A stretch of DNA of 64,000 nt from Tubulanus polymorphus (taxonomy: Eukaryota > Animalia > Nemertea). The stretch is from NCBI RefSeq assembly GCF_964204645.1, contig NC_134025.1, forward strand, positions 10,912,001 to 10,976,000. The letters are read 5' to 3'. The notes below the pieces were generated by a model. It searched no databases. It was not told the origin of the DNA and was given only the letters and a program-made list of their open reading frames with translations. Both the position numbers and the translations under genes were made by a program. Of this stretch, positions 1 to 12,400 are shown piece after piece (position 1 is the first letter of the stretch; each line of letters opens with the position of its first letter).

Positions 1-114
1 ATCATTCTACGCTTATTGATATAATATATGTATATATACTACATGTATAGGAAGAAAATTGTTCCATCGTACTCACATGCAATGCAAAAATATCTGGAAT
101 GAATGAATCTTTTT

Positions 115-297
115 GGGGCCGGTTGCAAAGTCATGGCTTAGACTTAAGACCAGTCGAAGACCAACTTAGTTCTATAGCCTATCCAGGGAAGTGTGATGTC
201 ATCACACTTCCCTGGCCTATCTAACAACTTAAGACTAGCCTTAAGATTTAAGACCAATTTTAAGACCAACCTTATGTCACGATTGTGCAACTGGTCC
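115..297. mobile_element. PIF/Harbinger-type MITE with a nested 31-bp palindromic insertion
   Basis: Termini GGGCCGGTTGCA...TGCAACTGGTCC and internal ttaagacca repeats. A related copy is at ~26686-26811. Confidence 0.55.
184..214. mobile_element. Ultra-short palindromic insertion with 7-bp TSD
   Basis: gcctatc|CAGGGAAGTGTGATGTCATCACACTTCCCTG|gcctatc. The related MITE at ~26720 shows the empty site. Confidence 0.7.
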
Positions 298-688
298 ATA
301 CGGAGTTAAGTCCAATTTCAGGGCCAAGGAAAAAAGAAAGGTAATGAAAATTCGCTTACAGGTACCAGTAAGGGCTTATAGACCTTAAATTATAATGTGG
401 ATGGCAAATCATCCGAAACTGATACAACAAAGCCACTGCAGAACTCATTTAATTCTGATGACTAAGGACTGCCCAGATTTCTCCGAATTAAGTAAAATCC
501 GAATTATGAATAATAGGTTACGTGGTTCCAGGTTAAATGAACCAAATATTTCACCAGTATTAAGTGAAAATCCTGATAAAAAATCCGAATTTACATTCAC
601 CATTGAACAGATAAACACCTGACCAGGTCAAAGCTTGGCAGAAATGAGAAACCTAAGGTACCAATTTTTCAACTTAACCATGAAAAGA

Positions 689-3600
689 TTAGAAAGAATC
701 ATCACTGCAACTTGATGCTGCGTCCTTTTCAATTTGATTCAACCATTCGCAAGCAGCTTGCTTTTGTTGCGCCCAACTATAGATCTCTTCATTAAGCCTA
801 CTGTCAAAATCGACAGCGACGTTTTTAAAACTGCTGTCGGAGCAGCTACTGTAACTGCTGCTGTCCTCGGTGTAGAACGGTTCATGATCGATGCCTCTTA
901 ACGTTGAATCATCATCCGAACTATTCTCCGTATTGGACGAATTATCATTTGAAAGCGGAACCACGTCGGCTTGGTTTCGGTTGCTCAGACCCGGAGCCCG
1001 CTCAACAGAATCGCCCGCGCTATTGTCAAATGAAAAAGATTTTCGTAGCCAATTCATTATACGCCTGCCGACCGGTTTGTCATCAGCTTCAGTCTCACCT
1101 ACAATAGCGTTGGCAGAAGACGCAACGAGTGGCTGAAATACAAACATTGTTTACATTGAATACTGTATGCACATGTAAAATTACGGCATATCCTATCAAA
1201 CAAAGCAGGATCAAAATTACACTGCGGTACCATAGTTGCACAAAATACATTCCCAAATTATATTCTTTCATTATTTAAAAAAAATTATGGACAAGCTAAT
1301 CATAGCCTGGCGGAGGCTATAGAAATGAACTGATTACAAATTTCATTGCATTATAAACCACGTCTACACTAGCTAGCTGAACTCGGGTTCCGATGTACCC
1401 GGGTTTGACAAAAACCCGCGTACGCAGTGAGTAGCGTCTACACTTAACACAGTTTCCGTAGTAAGAATCCACATCTGTAGTTCATGTTCAAGGTCAATTG
1501 TGCTTCCGAACGCTGCATTGAATTCGGGTTTTGAGCGTAGTGGAGACGCATAACCTGGGTACAAAATGCTAGTGTAAACGGAGCTTTACAAAATGACCTG
1601 GCAAATTAGAAACAACAAGGTATTATTCTTTTTTATCAGACTTATCATCATTTTAATAATAAGAAAAAAGTAAAATAAAAGAAAAATCATTCTCTCACCT
1701 CTGGATTAATCAATTCACTATCGTCTAACTCCAAGGAATTGTCTTTTCTTAACTTTTTTGAATTGGATATGGCGGCAGTGTCAGACATTTTACGTTTATG
1801 TGACAACTTTTTTCCCGATTGAGGCACTGGTAACATCGTTGTTTGTTTTGAACTATTCTCCTTGAGATCCTGGAATATGATGTCGAATTAGTACACGCAT
1901 GAGTAATACAACAAAGAATAGCTACCCAGAATCATTTTGGTAGAGTAGACTACTCGTATTGTTGTCAAACCGCTCAAACCCAAATTTGTATGGAAAACCT
2001 TCTACAGTGGAACCTCGTTTTAATGACCTTGGATATAATGATTCATCGGTTATTACAAACCTAGAATTTCATCGCAAATACAACGATATCAATACTTTCA
2101 TGCTAAATATAATCGGATATAACAAACAGATTTTCTGGTCCCCTGAAGTTCGTCGCACCGAGGTTCCACTGTATTTTCTTGATTCTTAACTCGATGAAAT
2201 GAGTTTATTGTACATACCTGTATTTCTTTTTCAATGGCCTTGCTTTCATCGTCTTTACCCAAAATACTCAATGTACGTTTGTAATCGCGAAGTAACTTTG
2301 GTATGAACTGGTCACACGGCATGAAGTTTCCTTCATGCAGCAGTAACTTATAGGCCTGTGCAAAGTCTGACTCGGCATCAGTGTAATGTCTTACATGATC
2401 TGAAACAGAAAACCTTTTGATTGAACATGTACTGTACGCATCAGTTCAAATGTAATACCCTGCAGTTTTGCCTAGACTGATTTGCCTCTTAACGAATTAA
2501 TCATGTAAAAGCTTTGAAACTTTAATTGATAATGGCTATCTTGGTAATTTCTTGTTTCAAATACTGTTATGTAAAAAGCATTTTTCCATGATAATGCATC
2601 ACAGGTAGTACCTCCAGTTTTGTTTTCCAGTGCTCTTTTTCCTAAGTCATTTTTGATAGTGCCTCTCATGTAAAAGAACTTCATTCTTTGTTCGCCACCC
2701 ACCAGATTTTTGAAAAGGGAAGAGCTTTTGTTTAGAGTTCTCAGTGCTTCATCAGGATCTTCCAATTCAGCCAGGGCACAGGCTTTGTTCTTTAAAATTC
2801 GGCCATAAAGTAATGTTGATTTCATTCCAAGAGTTTCACAACACTGCAGGGCTCGATCGAAATACTTAATCGCTTCATCATATCTCTTTTTCATGCTCAC
2901 TTCCAATTTATGACCTTGCTCATCTGATTTACATTTTTCTTTTGCGTAGCAATCATGGTTGCCAAGCACAAGATAAGCACTACCTGTATTCATCATATAG
3001 TTAGGTGTATCAAAATGAAGGTCGCTTTTATCATTTTTAGCAGCGATTTCCTGCATTACAATGCACGATTTATCATAGTATTTAACAGCCTTTGCTGGGT
3101 CATCAATATTCAGATACAAATGTCCAAGCAGGTTTAAATCCCGTGCCTTCAATACATTCCATAATAGATATCTTGAGTGAATCTTCAACGCCTTTTTAAC
3201 TTCGACTATTCCCTCATCAAATCTGCCAATTCTGTCAAAAAATCTTCCCTGAACATAGAGATAAAGTGCCCTGCAAAGATCCGTTGATTTGCCTGAAGTG
3301 CTGATGTCTTTCTTTTCTAATTTCTTCAATGTCTTGTCAACTTTTTTCAACACCAACCGCACGACGTAAGGATCAAAAAGATGACCCTCGAAGTACTGCT
3401 CAGCATACCATAACAACATCATACACAAGGTTAGAGGCTTTGTAGTTGATGCAGCTTTTGCCAGATGAAAAAAATAGTCGGCCCTCCTTTCGGGCTCTAG
3501 GAACCAGTCCATGAGCATGTTTGCATAAGAATAATTACAGAATTCTTTTTTATCCCTTAAGTCAGGGATTGAAGGGGTGAACTTTTTAATGTTTTCCAGA

Positions 3601-6600
3601 TATTTCATCAGGTATTGTTTATCGTCGGCGAGGCGTTTGGTGACTTGAAGTGCTCTGCTACATGACAGCTTTCCAAGTTTCAACATCAATATTCTTCCAT
3701 AATCTATGAGGCGGAGATTGGAAACATTTAACAAATCATTTTGCTGATCAGTTAGCGATAATTGCCTCAAAGAAGTGGTCACCAATATATGTAAAGAAAA
3801 TGATTCGCCTTGGGCAGAATTAAAGGAATCAGAAGCCCGGCTGCCTCTCACTTCAAGCAGAGAGCGAGTATACAACTCGTCCAATTCCATTTTCATCAAT
3901 TGACCGTCATGACCTGTCACATGAATGGCCGCTTTATAATCGAATTGATTATTTTCGAATACGGACAACTGAATGAGAAGATCTTGCTTCGATTTATCCA
4001 AATTTTCTAAGATTGATACCATACTGGTCCTGTGATCATTGTGGATCAATCGCTCGATGAATTGATTGATCTCCATCGGTCCGCGGCTCGAGTCCTTCAG
4101 ATAGCTGCCGACGACACGAATCACGAGCGAATTGCGACCACACCTTTGCGCAATGGTTGAACATACTGTTGAATCCAATATTGCCTGAAATGTCAAAGAG
4201 AACGTGAATAGCAACTAGGGGTCCAGGGGCGCCACGTGCTCACTTGGTCTGAAATGCTAGAAATCTGATAATGACATCCCTGGTGAACATTTACAGAAAC
4301 CGATGAGCTTAAAACTCACCACTATCAGAAAATATTGTGAGCTACAACTTTGCAATTGCATGAGGTAACAAAATATGTTAAGATCCTTATATAAATGGAA
4401 GTACTAAGTCATTCCCCCATTCAACGCCTCCTAGTGAAAGTATGCAGAAGCCAATGACCTTAAGAATCATAGTGTCATGATCTACAACTTTGCTAGTGAT
4501 TATAAATTATGCATAGGTACCAATATGAATTGGAATATTTTAGGGAACATTTGATGAGAACGACATAAGGTATCATCAATAGTCAATCAGAAGTGGTTCA
4601 TTTGATTCCTCCAGTAGAGCAAATATACAAGAGGAGATCCAACCGGGTACACACAATTTTTTGACCCCCCCTCTGTACGCAAATCAGCCATTTTTTCATA
4701 TACATCTAGCAGTACAGTACGCAATTGCACTGACCCCTCCAACCTCCCCTAATGCGTACGTGATAAATGAATGACCCCTAAATAGAAACCCCTGTTGAGT
4801 ACCAATGGGATAGAGTAATACATACAGCACGCTGCTTCGTGTCCACCATTTTCTTCAGAAGATCACTACATTCATTCAGGGATAACGGTTCTAATTTGTG
4901 TACTGGTATTCTGTTTTCTATTCCGCAAGGCACGTTCTGCTGCTGCTGCTGCCAAGGATTCATGAGAGACGTCATTATTATCTTCACCTGAAATATGTAC
5001 TGGTACATCTACATATTCCTCAATATGATAAGAGATTTCTGTATATGATACCTTGCCTCTCATTTCTGCTGAACTTAAAAGTTGACCCGCCCGGCCATCT
5101 ATCTACTCTGTATATTACTTTTTTTTCAAATCATGATCAAGCTAACTCTAACAGACCCGGCAGTTAGAGAAAGATCTGATTACAAATTTGTAACGAACAT
5201 GATGGGCAGTTGTGATTTTGATTGAGTTGTGACCTTGTGATTTCTAACTTGAGTGATAGTTGACAAGATTTCCATGAATTGTACAGCTTCGCTATGGCTG
5301 CAGTTCACATCAATCAGCAATTCAGCGGAATCGAGTATCACAATTAAATCTGAAAAGACCATGATATAATGGGGACATGAAGGAGTTATGAATTGACTCG
5401 AAATAGAGGCCAAAATGAATTACGTAAACGCATTACATTGCATAAAAAACATTTCATAAATGGCTTGCGTTATGCGGAATCAGTGTAATAAAGGGGTCGT
5501 TTACTTGCCATTTTCCCAGTTCTGCAGGATTTGTTCTAAGTCAGAAATGTCTGTTTGCGAAGAAAATGTCCGGTCCATTTTAACGTATAAACGCAGCAAA
5601 AAATCCTTCACAGTTGTGATACCTCTAGAAGAACCGAAGAAGTTATGTTTCATCGAAAAACTCCCAAAGCATACATTAATCAGAGGATTGGAATATTAGT
5701 AAAACATTAGGCATGCACATCGATCCAGTACCGGTACTTCAAACCCAAAAATAATGATTCAACCAGCAATATTTTCATAAAAGCCAAAAGAAAAAGACTC
5801 AACCACAGTGATGAGGTTACTTACTAGAGATCCCTGAAATGCTTGAAAATCAGGCAATAATTGAGTAGTGCAGGCAAACCCCCTTAATCTGGATTGGTTA
5901 AATTTGGATAATATTTGCAGTCCATTTGTTCATTAATTCACAAGAAAATAACTTTTAATCTGGATTTCCCGTTTAAATGAATTTTCTTAGTCCCAAATGA
6001 TCCGAACTAAGTGGATTCTAGGCCTTCTGTAGGCTAGTAGCCTACATGTATTTCTGCTCCAAGAGATGAGGACAACCTGTTGACAGCTTACTTGTTGGGC
6101 CATTTGAGACTTGTTATTAAGGCCTCTTTCGGCCAAGATGAGACTCTACAAACAAAGCAACATGTACCTAATTATGATAATATGATTTACCTCAAATTGA
6201 CAAGACACTTGTCCACATGTCTTCTCATGCATATATTTTCAACTATAGTAGTTTTGCCAACACCAGCCATCCCATAAATACAAATACCTGTCAAAATTGA
6301 TATTAACTATGTTTGTAAAAAATCTATCAGTAATACTTCATTTAACCTTTAATGCCACTATATATGCATCACTAGCTAATATAAATCAACTCCCCACATA
6401 AAAACCTGAAAAAAACAAGAAAGCCCAAATCAGTTTCATCATTTTCAGGTAAATTCATAAATTCCTATTACAGTCAAACATCGTTAATACGATTGTGTTT
6501 AGCATGAAACCTGTTGCCTATACCAGAGGTTCCAGAGAGATAATACAAAAATCAAATCCAAAAATTTGATTGTTGCCCACAAAATTTGCATGCATCAATG

Positions 6601-7266
6601 AATTTCCACTGTAATTTCATTTTTGAAACGCATATCCTCTTGTAAAATAGGCTCATTACGATATCCAAATTATCATTTGAAGTTTACAAAGTATAATACA
6701 AAAATACATTCGGCATTCACTAATAACATAAATGAAAATGTTATATCATTGTATTACTTTTTTATATCGTAGCAAAGGAAAAGGACAAAAAAGGACCCTA
6801 AGAAAAGCGTGTAATACCATACTGTTGTTTGTCAATTTGTGGTCTTACCTGAAATATGAACCTGGTTGTTGAAAAGCAGTCTTTCGATTGCATCCATATC
6901 TTCGCGTCTACCGACAAAGTTTTCGTCCAGCACGGAGCCCTCTTCCAGTCTTTTCTTATGAAATGTTTCCAATTCATTTTCGTAAATTTCTAGCCGATCT
7001 GCCAATGACATTGATCGACCTTCTACAATCAAATGCATTTCGGAAAGATTCTTTTTTAAAAAATTCAACATTCCCTGCTTTCCATTTTGGAGGAGTATTT
7101 CGAAGACTTCCATCTTGGCCGCTCCGACGTCAAAATCTTGCGAGGACACAGTCGTTCGAATTTTCACCGGCAGTGAACACGAGATTTTATTCACTATACC
7201 CCTCAACTGATCCTTAGTCTTTACATTTGTTAGAAAGTCTGTTCTCAAAGAGTCAAATGGTTCCAT
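689..7266 (-). CDS. NLR/Apaf-1-like STAND protein, paralogue 1 (CARD-like N-terminus, NB-ARC, TPR, basic segment and acidic tail), ~1092 aa, 9 coding exons
   Basis: Exons on the minus strand: 7266-6849, 6287-6191, 5624-5509, 5349-5234, 4987-4826, 4184-2612, 2399-2218, 1869-1699, 1132-689. They total 3279 nt and join in frame with AG acceptors and GT donors (GC donor for intron 3). Motifs: pre-P-loop ENFVGR, Walker A GMAGVGKT, Walker B LIVILDSAE, KIIMTS, LEPLS..C.DLL, GLPL-position CGRNSLVI, MHD-position FSLHILV, and TPR-like helices (ARDLNLLGHLY..AVKYY; YDEAIKYFDRAL). Exon phases match paralogue 2. Confidence 0.88.
2005..2171. mobile_element. Tc1/mariner-type MITE in intron 7 of paralogue 1
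   Basis: TA|CAGTGGAACCTCG ... CGAGGTTCCACTG|TA: perfect 13-bp TIR with TA duplication. Confidence 0.8.
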
Positions 7267-7509
7267 CACGACACATACAAGGGATGCAGTTTCCCAGTGC
7301 CTTTTTGCTTGTTATTGATTAGCTACGCTGCAACTACACTGTCACTAGTCAGTAACCTGTCTGTGGTTTAGTTTCACGATCGGATATTTTCACAAACCAC
7401 TGTATATAAGGTGTTATAAGCCCATCCGATTATAAAAAGCTTACCACCAACGACTACAACTACGTGCGACACATGCTACAACAAAACGAAACATTGATTC
7501 TACATCGCG

Positions 7510-7519
7510 GGGAAATCCC
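7510..7519. promoter_or_regulatory. NF-kB (kB) site upstream of NLR-like paralogue 1
   Basis: GGGAAATCCC fits the GGGRNWYYCC consensus and lies 244 bp upstream of the ATG. An IRF-like AAAACGAAAC is at 7483-7492. Confidence 0.5.
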
Positions 7520-9414
7520 GATTTTTCCGGGTTGATGTGAGGATGGCTCCGTTATTTCAACATTTACTACACCAAGTTAGAATTCAATGAAACTTTATTC
7601 GGCAAGAAAACCCCACCGTGATTTTTTTTCAATCGAAGATCATGATCAGGAGGATAGCTGGCAACTTTATTCGGCAGGTAAACCCCACCGGTGATTTTTT
7701 GTCGGAGGATAGCAGGCGAATGATTTAGGGGGGTTCGAATATCGGCATTTGGCGAATCTAGGTGTCTTTGAGTCTGACGTGGTTCTTTTGACGAGGACCG
7801 AAGCCGGTCCGAAGTCCCCACGGGGATTTGGGGAGGAAATCTGGCAAATTAGGAGCGATTTTAAGCGTTTTCCCGCCATCTTGAGTGATTATGGAAAAAA
7901 CACGAGAGCCGTGAATAGATACAAATTACAAAAATTCCATGTTTGTTTTATCTGTTATGTATATCTTTACAAATAGTATCAAGCTGTTTACAAAACTATG
8001 TTGTAAAAAATGAAGAAACCTAGCCGAGAAAAGGAGGTTCGTTCGTTAATCTGACATTTCAGTATACGAAGATACAGTAGTAAAAGGTCAAATAAGATGA
8101 TGAATGGAAAATTGGGAAAATCGTTGAAATGAGACGAAATGAAGGACCAGGCAATGAAATAATCACGTTAAAAGAATCATTCATGTCGATAAAAATAAGT
8201 TCCCTCTCACGCGAAATGAGAAAGAAAGAGTGTACATGCGTGTCTTTTTTATCTCTAGACACATGCGTGTCTTTTTGATTTTTTAGACACTTCTGGAAAA
8301 GACGCCTGTTTGCCTAACTACGAAATCCGAACTTCGCCATTCCTGCACCCAACGCACGCACCCCTTAAGCGCAGGCTTGTAGTGCAAATCTGATCCGAGA
8401 CGAAACGTGACTAGCAAATAACAATTTGACAGAATAAATTCGCCTATAGTTTGCCTTTGCGCCTATACATTAGTTGTGACTGAGATGCAGTCTTTTATGT
8501 AAATTTTCTTTATTTCCAAAATATATACTTGATGTACATTATTCTATTAAACAACATTGTAGTAAAAATACGATCAATGTTCTGTTAAAATCGAAAGAAC
8601 ATACACATGCTTAAGATATAAGTCTCTTAACTGTTTTTTTTTCCAATTAGACAAACATTACACTGTTAAATTCGAATCTATGGTATAAAAATCATTTTTT
8701 TCTTATAACATATATATATTTTTTTTCATTCATCAACATACGTAAAAATATTTCGTAACTTTTGATTCACCTATCAATTTCATAAAAAAGATCGTAAGGC
8801 TAAAAGCTTGATACATGTTTATTGTTTCCCATTTTTTTCGGCTGAGTGTGTAAGTTAAATTACATTTTTGTTTTCAAAATCACGATCACGCTTACCATAA
8901 CAGACCCAGTAGTTATATAGAAATGAACTGATTACACATTTTATTGCAGTTAACAAAATGACCCGGGCGATTAGGAAAAATAAGGTATCGTTTTATTTCA
9001 GCCTAAAAAGGTAACTGGTAAAATATCTCCAATATTATTTTATAACCTCGTATAGTGATGCACCCTGATTACTTCAAGGCTTGGATTGTTGTACTGGAAG
9101 TGTGGAATCCCAATAATGAGTTGTATCCTATGACAGAGAATGAAAAATGTTGACATTTCCCTCAAACCATTCTCCAGATACGAACAAAAACTGATGAAAC
9201 AAATATAGCCGCTTGCTGTGTAAATATTAGCTGATCCAAGTCTGATATGTTTAACTCAAATTTTCGTAACGCCCGATATGTCATTTCAATTAGAAATCCT
9301 AGCTCTATTAATTTGTCTATCTATTTCTGATTCACGATAATCTTGTTTAATTAGTTGACCATCGTATCTCTTCGACAAGTTGTTTTGTATGCGCGATATT
9401 CGTAACAGGTATCT

Positions 9415-12400
9415 TTAATCATGAGCCGTTTTGAAAGAATCGTCACTACTACAGCTTAATTCAGTATCCGTTTTGCTTTCGCTCAGCCATTCTTGTGCAG
9501 CCTTCTTATGTTCTGTCCAACTTCGAATCTCGGCGCCAGTTCGCTCGTCCAAATCGACATCGACATTTCCGAAATGGCTACCAGAACTGCTGCTGTCTTC
9601 GGAGAAGTCTGGTTCATCACCGATACATCGTAAGCCCGAATCATTGGATGAATTGTAGCTCGAAGCTGAAACGCTGCTTGCATACGTTTGCTCATTTGAA
9701 ATTCTGGCATCATCATCATCAATATCATTATCAATATCGGATGAAAATGATTTCCTCCTCCAGTTTGAAATACGTCTCAATGGCGTTTCATTTTCTTCTG
9801 CAGTCTCAATCTCATTATCCACGGTAGAAGCCGTTACTAATGGCTGAAACATAGAACATTTCAAGTGAAAGCCAGCCGCATAAATTATAACTACAGCACT
9901 TAGCGACAGTATAATGCCGAACACTGTGCGATAACTGTGATTTCAGTAATGTTATTTATTCACTTCAAAACTAAATCTCACCTCCGGATTTTCTAATTCA
10001 CTATCTTGCAACTCTAATGACACTTGCTTCTGCCTCTTAAGCAATCTTTTTTGACGACTTGTTGCAGTATCTATCGGCAGCTTACGTTTTTGCGATGATT
10101 TTGCTTTGCTTGCTTTCATTTCTTTGGCAAGGATCTTTGACATATGTTTATTCGCTTTCTCTGCACCTATGTCTATGAGTTCCTGTGAAAGTAGTTACAA
10201 AGCTTAGACGTCGTTGCATTTGCTTGAGTAAGTTAATGTTGAATTTTAAGCATAAATTACCATTTATCAAATGAAAATAAAAACAAAAAAGAAAAACATC
10301 GCTAGAATTAGAAGTTTATTCTCTGGTTGGCTTACCCGCAAATTGTCGACGATCGTATTCGCTTCATCATATTTTCCCAGCTTTAGAAGTGTCATCTCGT
10401 AATCAGATTGTAAATTACGGATGAAATGATCGCGTGGTTTAAAGTGTCCTTCTTGCATCAGCAATGTGTATGCCTCAGCGAAGTCATGTTCCGCATCGGT
10501 GTAAAATCTTTCAAAGTCTAGAACAGAAATGTTCTTATTCAAATACTCAGTCAGCATACTGCAGAGCCCTCTCAATTCAGATTCAATTCCAATAATCAAC
10601 AATGTTCTCGTGTACATGTACATCCAAAGAATGACTAAGATTCCAGGGTTAATCCCTGCTTAATCGATTAAAGTTTTTGGCCCTAAACATAGCTCGAATA
10701 ATCAATTATGAATCAAGTTCTCAATACCAGGGCATTCAGTGTAGGGATCTGAAAGAATGATAGTTCTTCTCATGAGATGTTGACACTTAAATTATAATAC
10801 ACGTGCTGTTCGAAAGGAGAGCTATTCCTATGTACATCTCGACCCTCTAATTACAACAGACCCACTTTAATTAATTTTAAGTCCAAGCTTAAAACATAGC
10901 CCTTATTGAGTGTCGATATAGCAATTATTTTACATAAATCCTCTATGAAATCGGTCCATGGAAATGGGACTCATTGCAAATACCTTGTTGTCTTTTTTCT
11001 TGTTTAGCTGTATCTCCAAGGCTTTTCCTGATTGACCCTCTCAGATAGTAAGCTTGCATTCTATCTTCACTACCACTCAAATTGTTGAAAAGTGGAAGGC
11101 ATTTGTGAATATCTTCCAATGCTTCCTCATATTTCTCTAATTCAGCCAGCACACAAGCTTTGTGCCTCAATATTCGACCATATACTGATGTCAATTTCAT
11201 GCCCAACTTTTCGCACTCCTGCAAGGCTTCATCGAAAAGCATAATAGCTTTATCGTAATTAGCCTTCATGCTTGATTCTAATTCCAATTTCTCTCTGGCA
11301 TCGCAGTTTCGTAGATTACAATAGTCATCCTTTCCATTCTCAAAATATGCTGAACCAGTATTAAGAAGATAAGTTGGAGCATCAAAATGAAGGCTAGACT
11401 CATTCATATCATTTGGCATACGAACCAATGCATAAGCTTCCTCGAAACAAGAAATCGCCTTTCTCGGATTGTCATTTTTCAAGAAAAGGTTTCCAAGAAG
11501 ATTCAAATCTCGCGCAATCAGTATATCACAATGCGGATACTTTCTATGAATATCTATTGCTTTGTTGACATTATCAATCCCAATGCCGAGCTCACCAATT
11601 TTGTTGAGATAAGATCCCTTAACAAAGAAATAAAGTGCTCTGCAAAGTTCTGTGGATTTTCCTGATGTACTTTCTAAAATCTTCAATCTTTCATCTACCT
11701 TCTCTAAAACCAATAAAACAATATCCGCATCAAAAAGATAACCCTGAAAATACTGCTCGGCATACCATAATGATATCGTACAGCTGGTTAGAGGCTTTTT
11801 AGTCCATGCAGCTTTTGCCAGATGAAAAAAATATTCTGCTCTCTTCTCAGGCTCAAGAAACCAGTTCATTAACATGTTTGCACGAACATGATTATGGAAC
11901 ACTATTGGCAAGCCGAAGTCAGGCAGAGAATGCTTCATTTTTCTGATGTTTTCTAGATATTTCATGAAGTACTGTTTTTCATCACCAAGTTGCTTGGATA
12001 CTACAAGCAGAGAAGCGCTGCTGCTACATGCCTCGATGAACAACCTGCTTCCATACTTCAAAAGCCGCTGATTTGAATCGCTCAACAATTTCCTCTGCCG
12101 ATCCGTTTGCGAAATCTGCTCCAAAGAAGTGGTAACCAATATGTGCAAGGAAAACGATTCATTATGGGTTGACTTTACAGAATCTGAAACTCGGCCGGCT
12201 TTCACCTCAAGCAAAGACCGCACATACAAATTATCCAATTCACCGAACAAAGATTCATGGTCTCGACCAGTCACGTATGCAGCTGCGTTCACACCAAATT
12301 GATTATTCTCGAATGTGGACAACTGAATGAGAAGATCCAGCATCGATGGATCCAAATGCTCCAGTATTGTTATGAGGTAGGTCTTGCAGCCTTCTTTGAT

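Noticed and set aside
689-1147. 152-aa ORF (and the 169-aa ORF at 9415-9924) as stand-alone small genes
   Set aside because: Similarity between the two begins exactly after a tttcag acceptor (PLV...) that is in phase with exon 8, so they are better read as terminal exons of the STAND genes.
2472-4214. Prokaryotic antiphage STAND (Avs) gene or contamination
   Set aside because: The ORF is an internal exon of a gene with eight spliceosomal introns conserved between the two paralogues.
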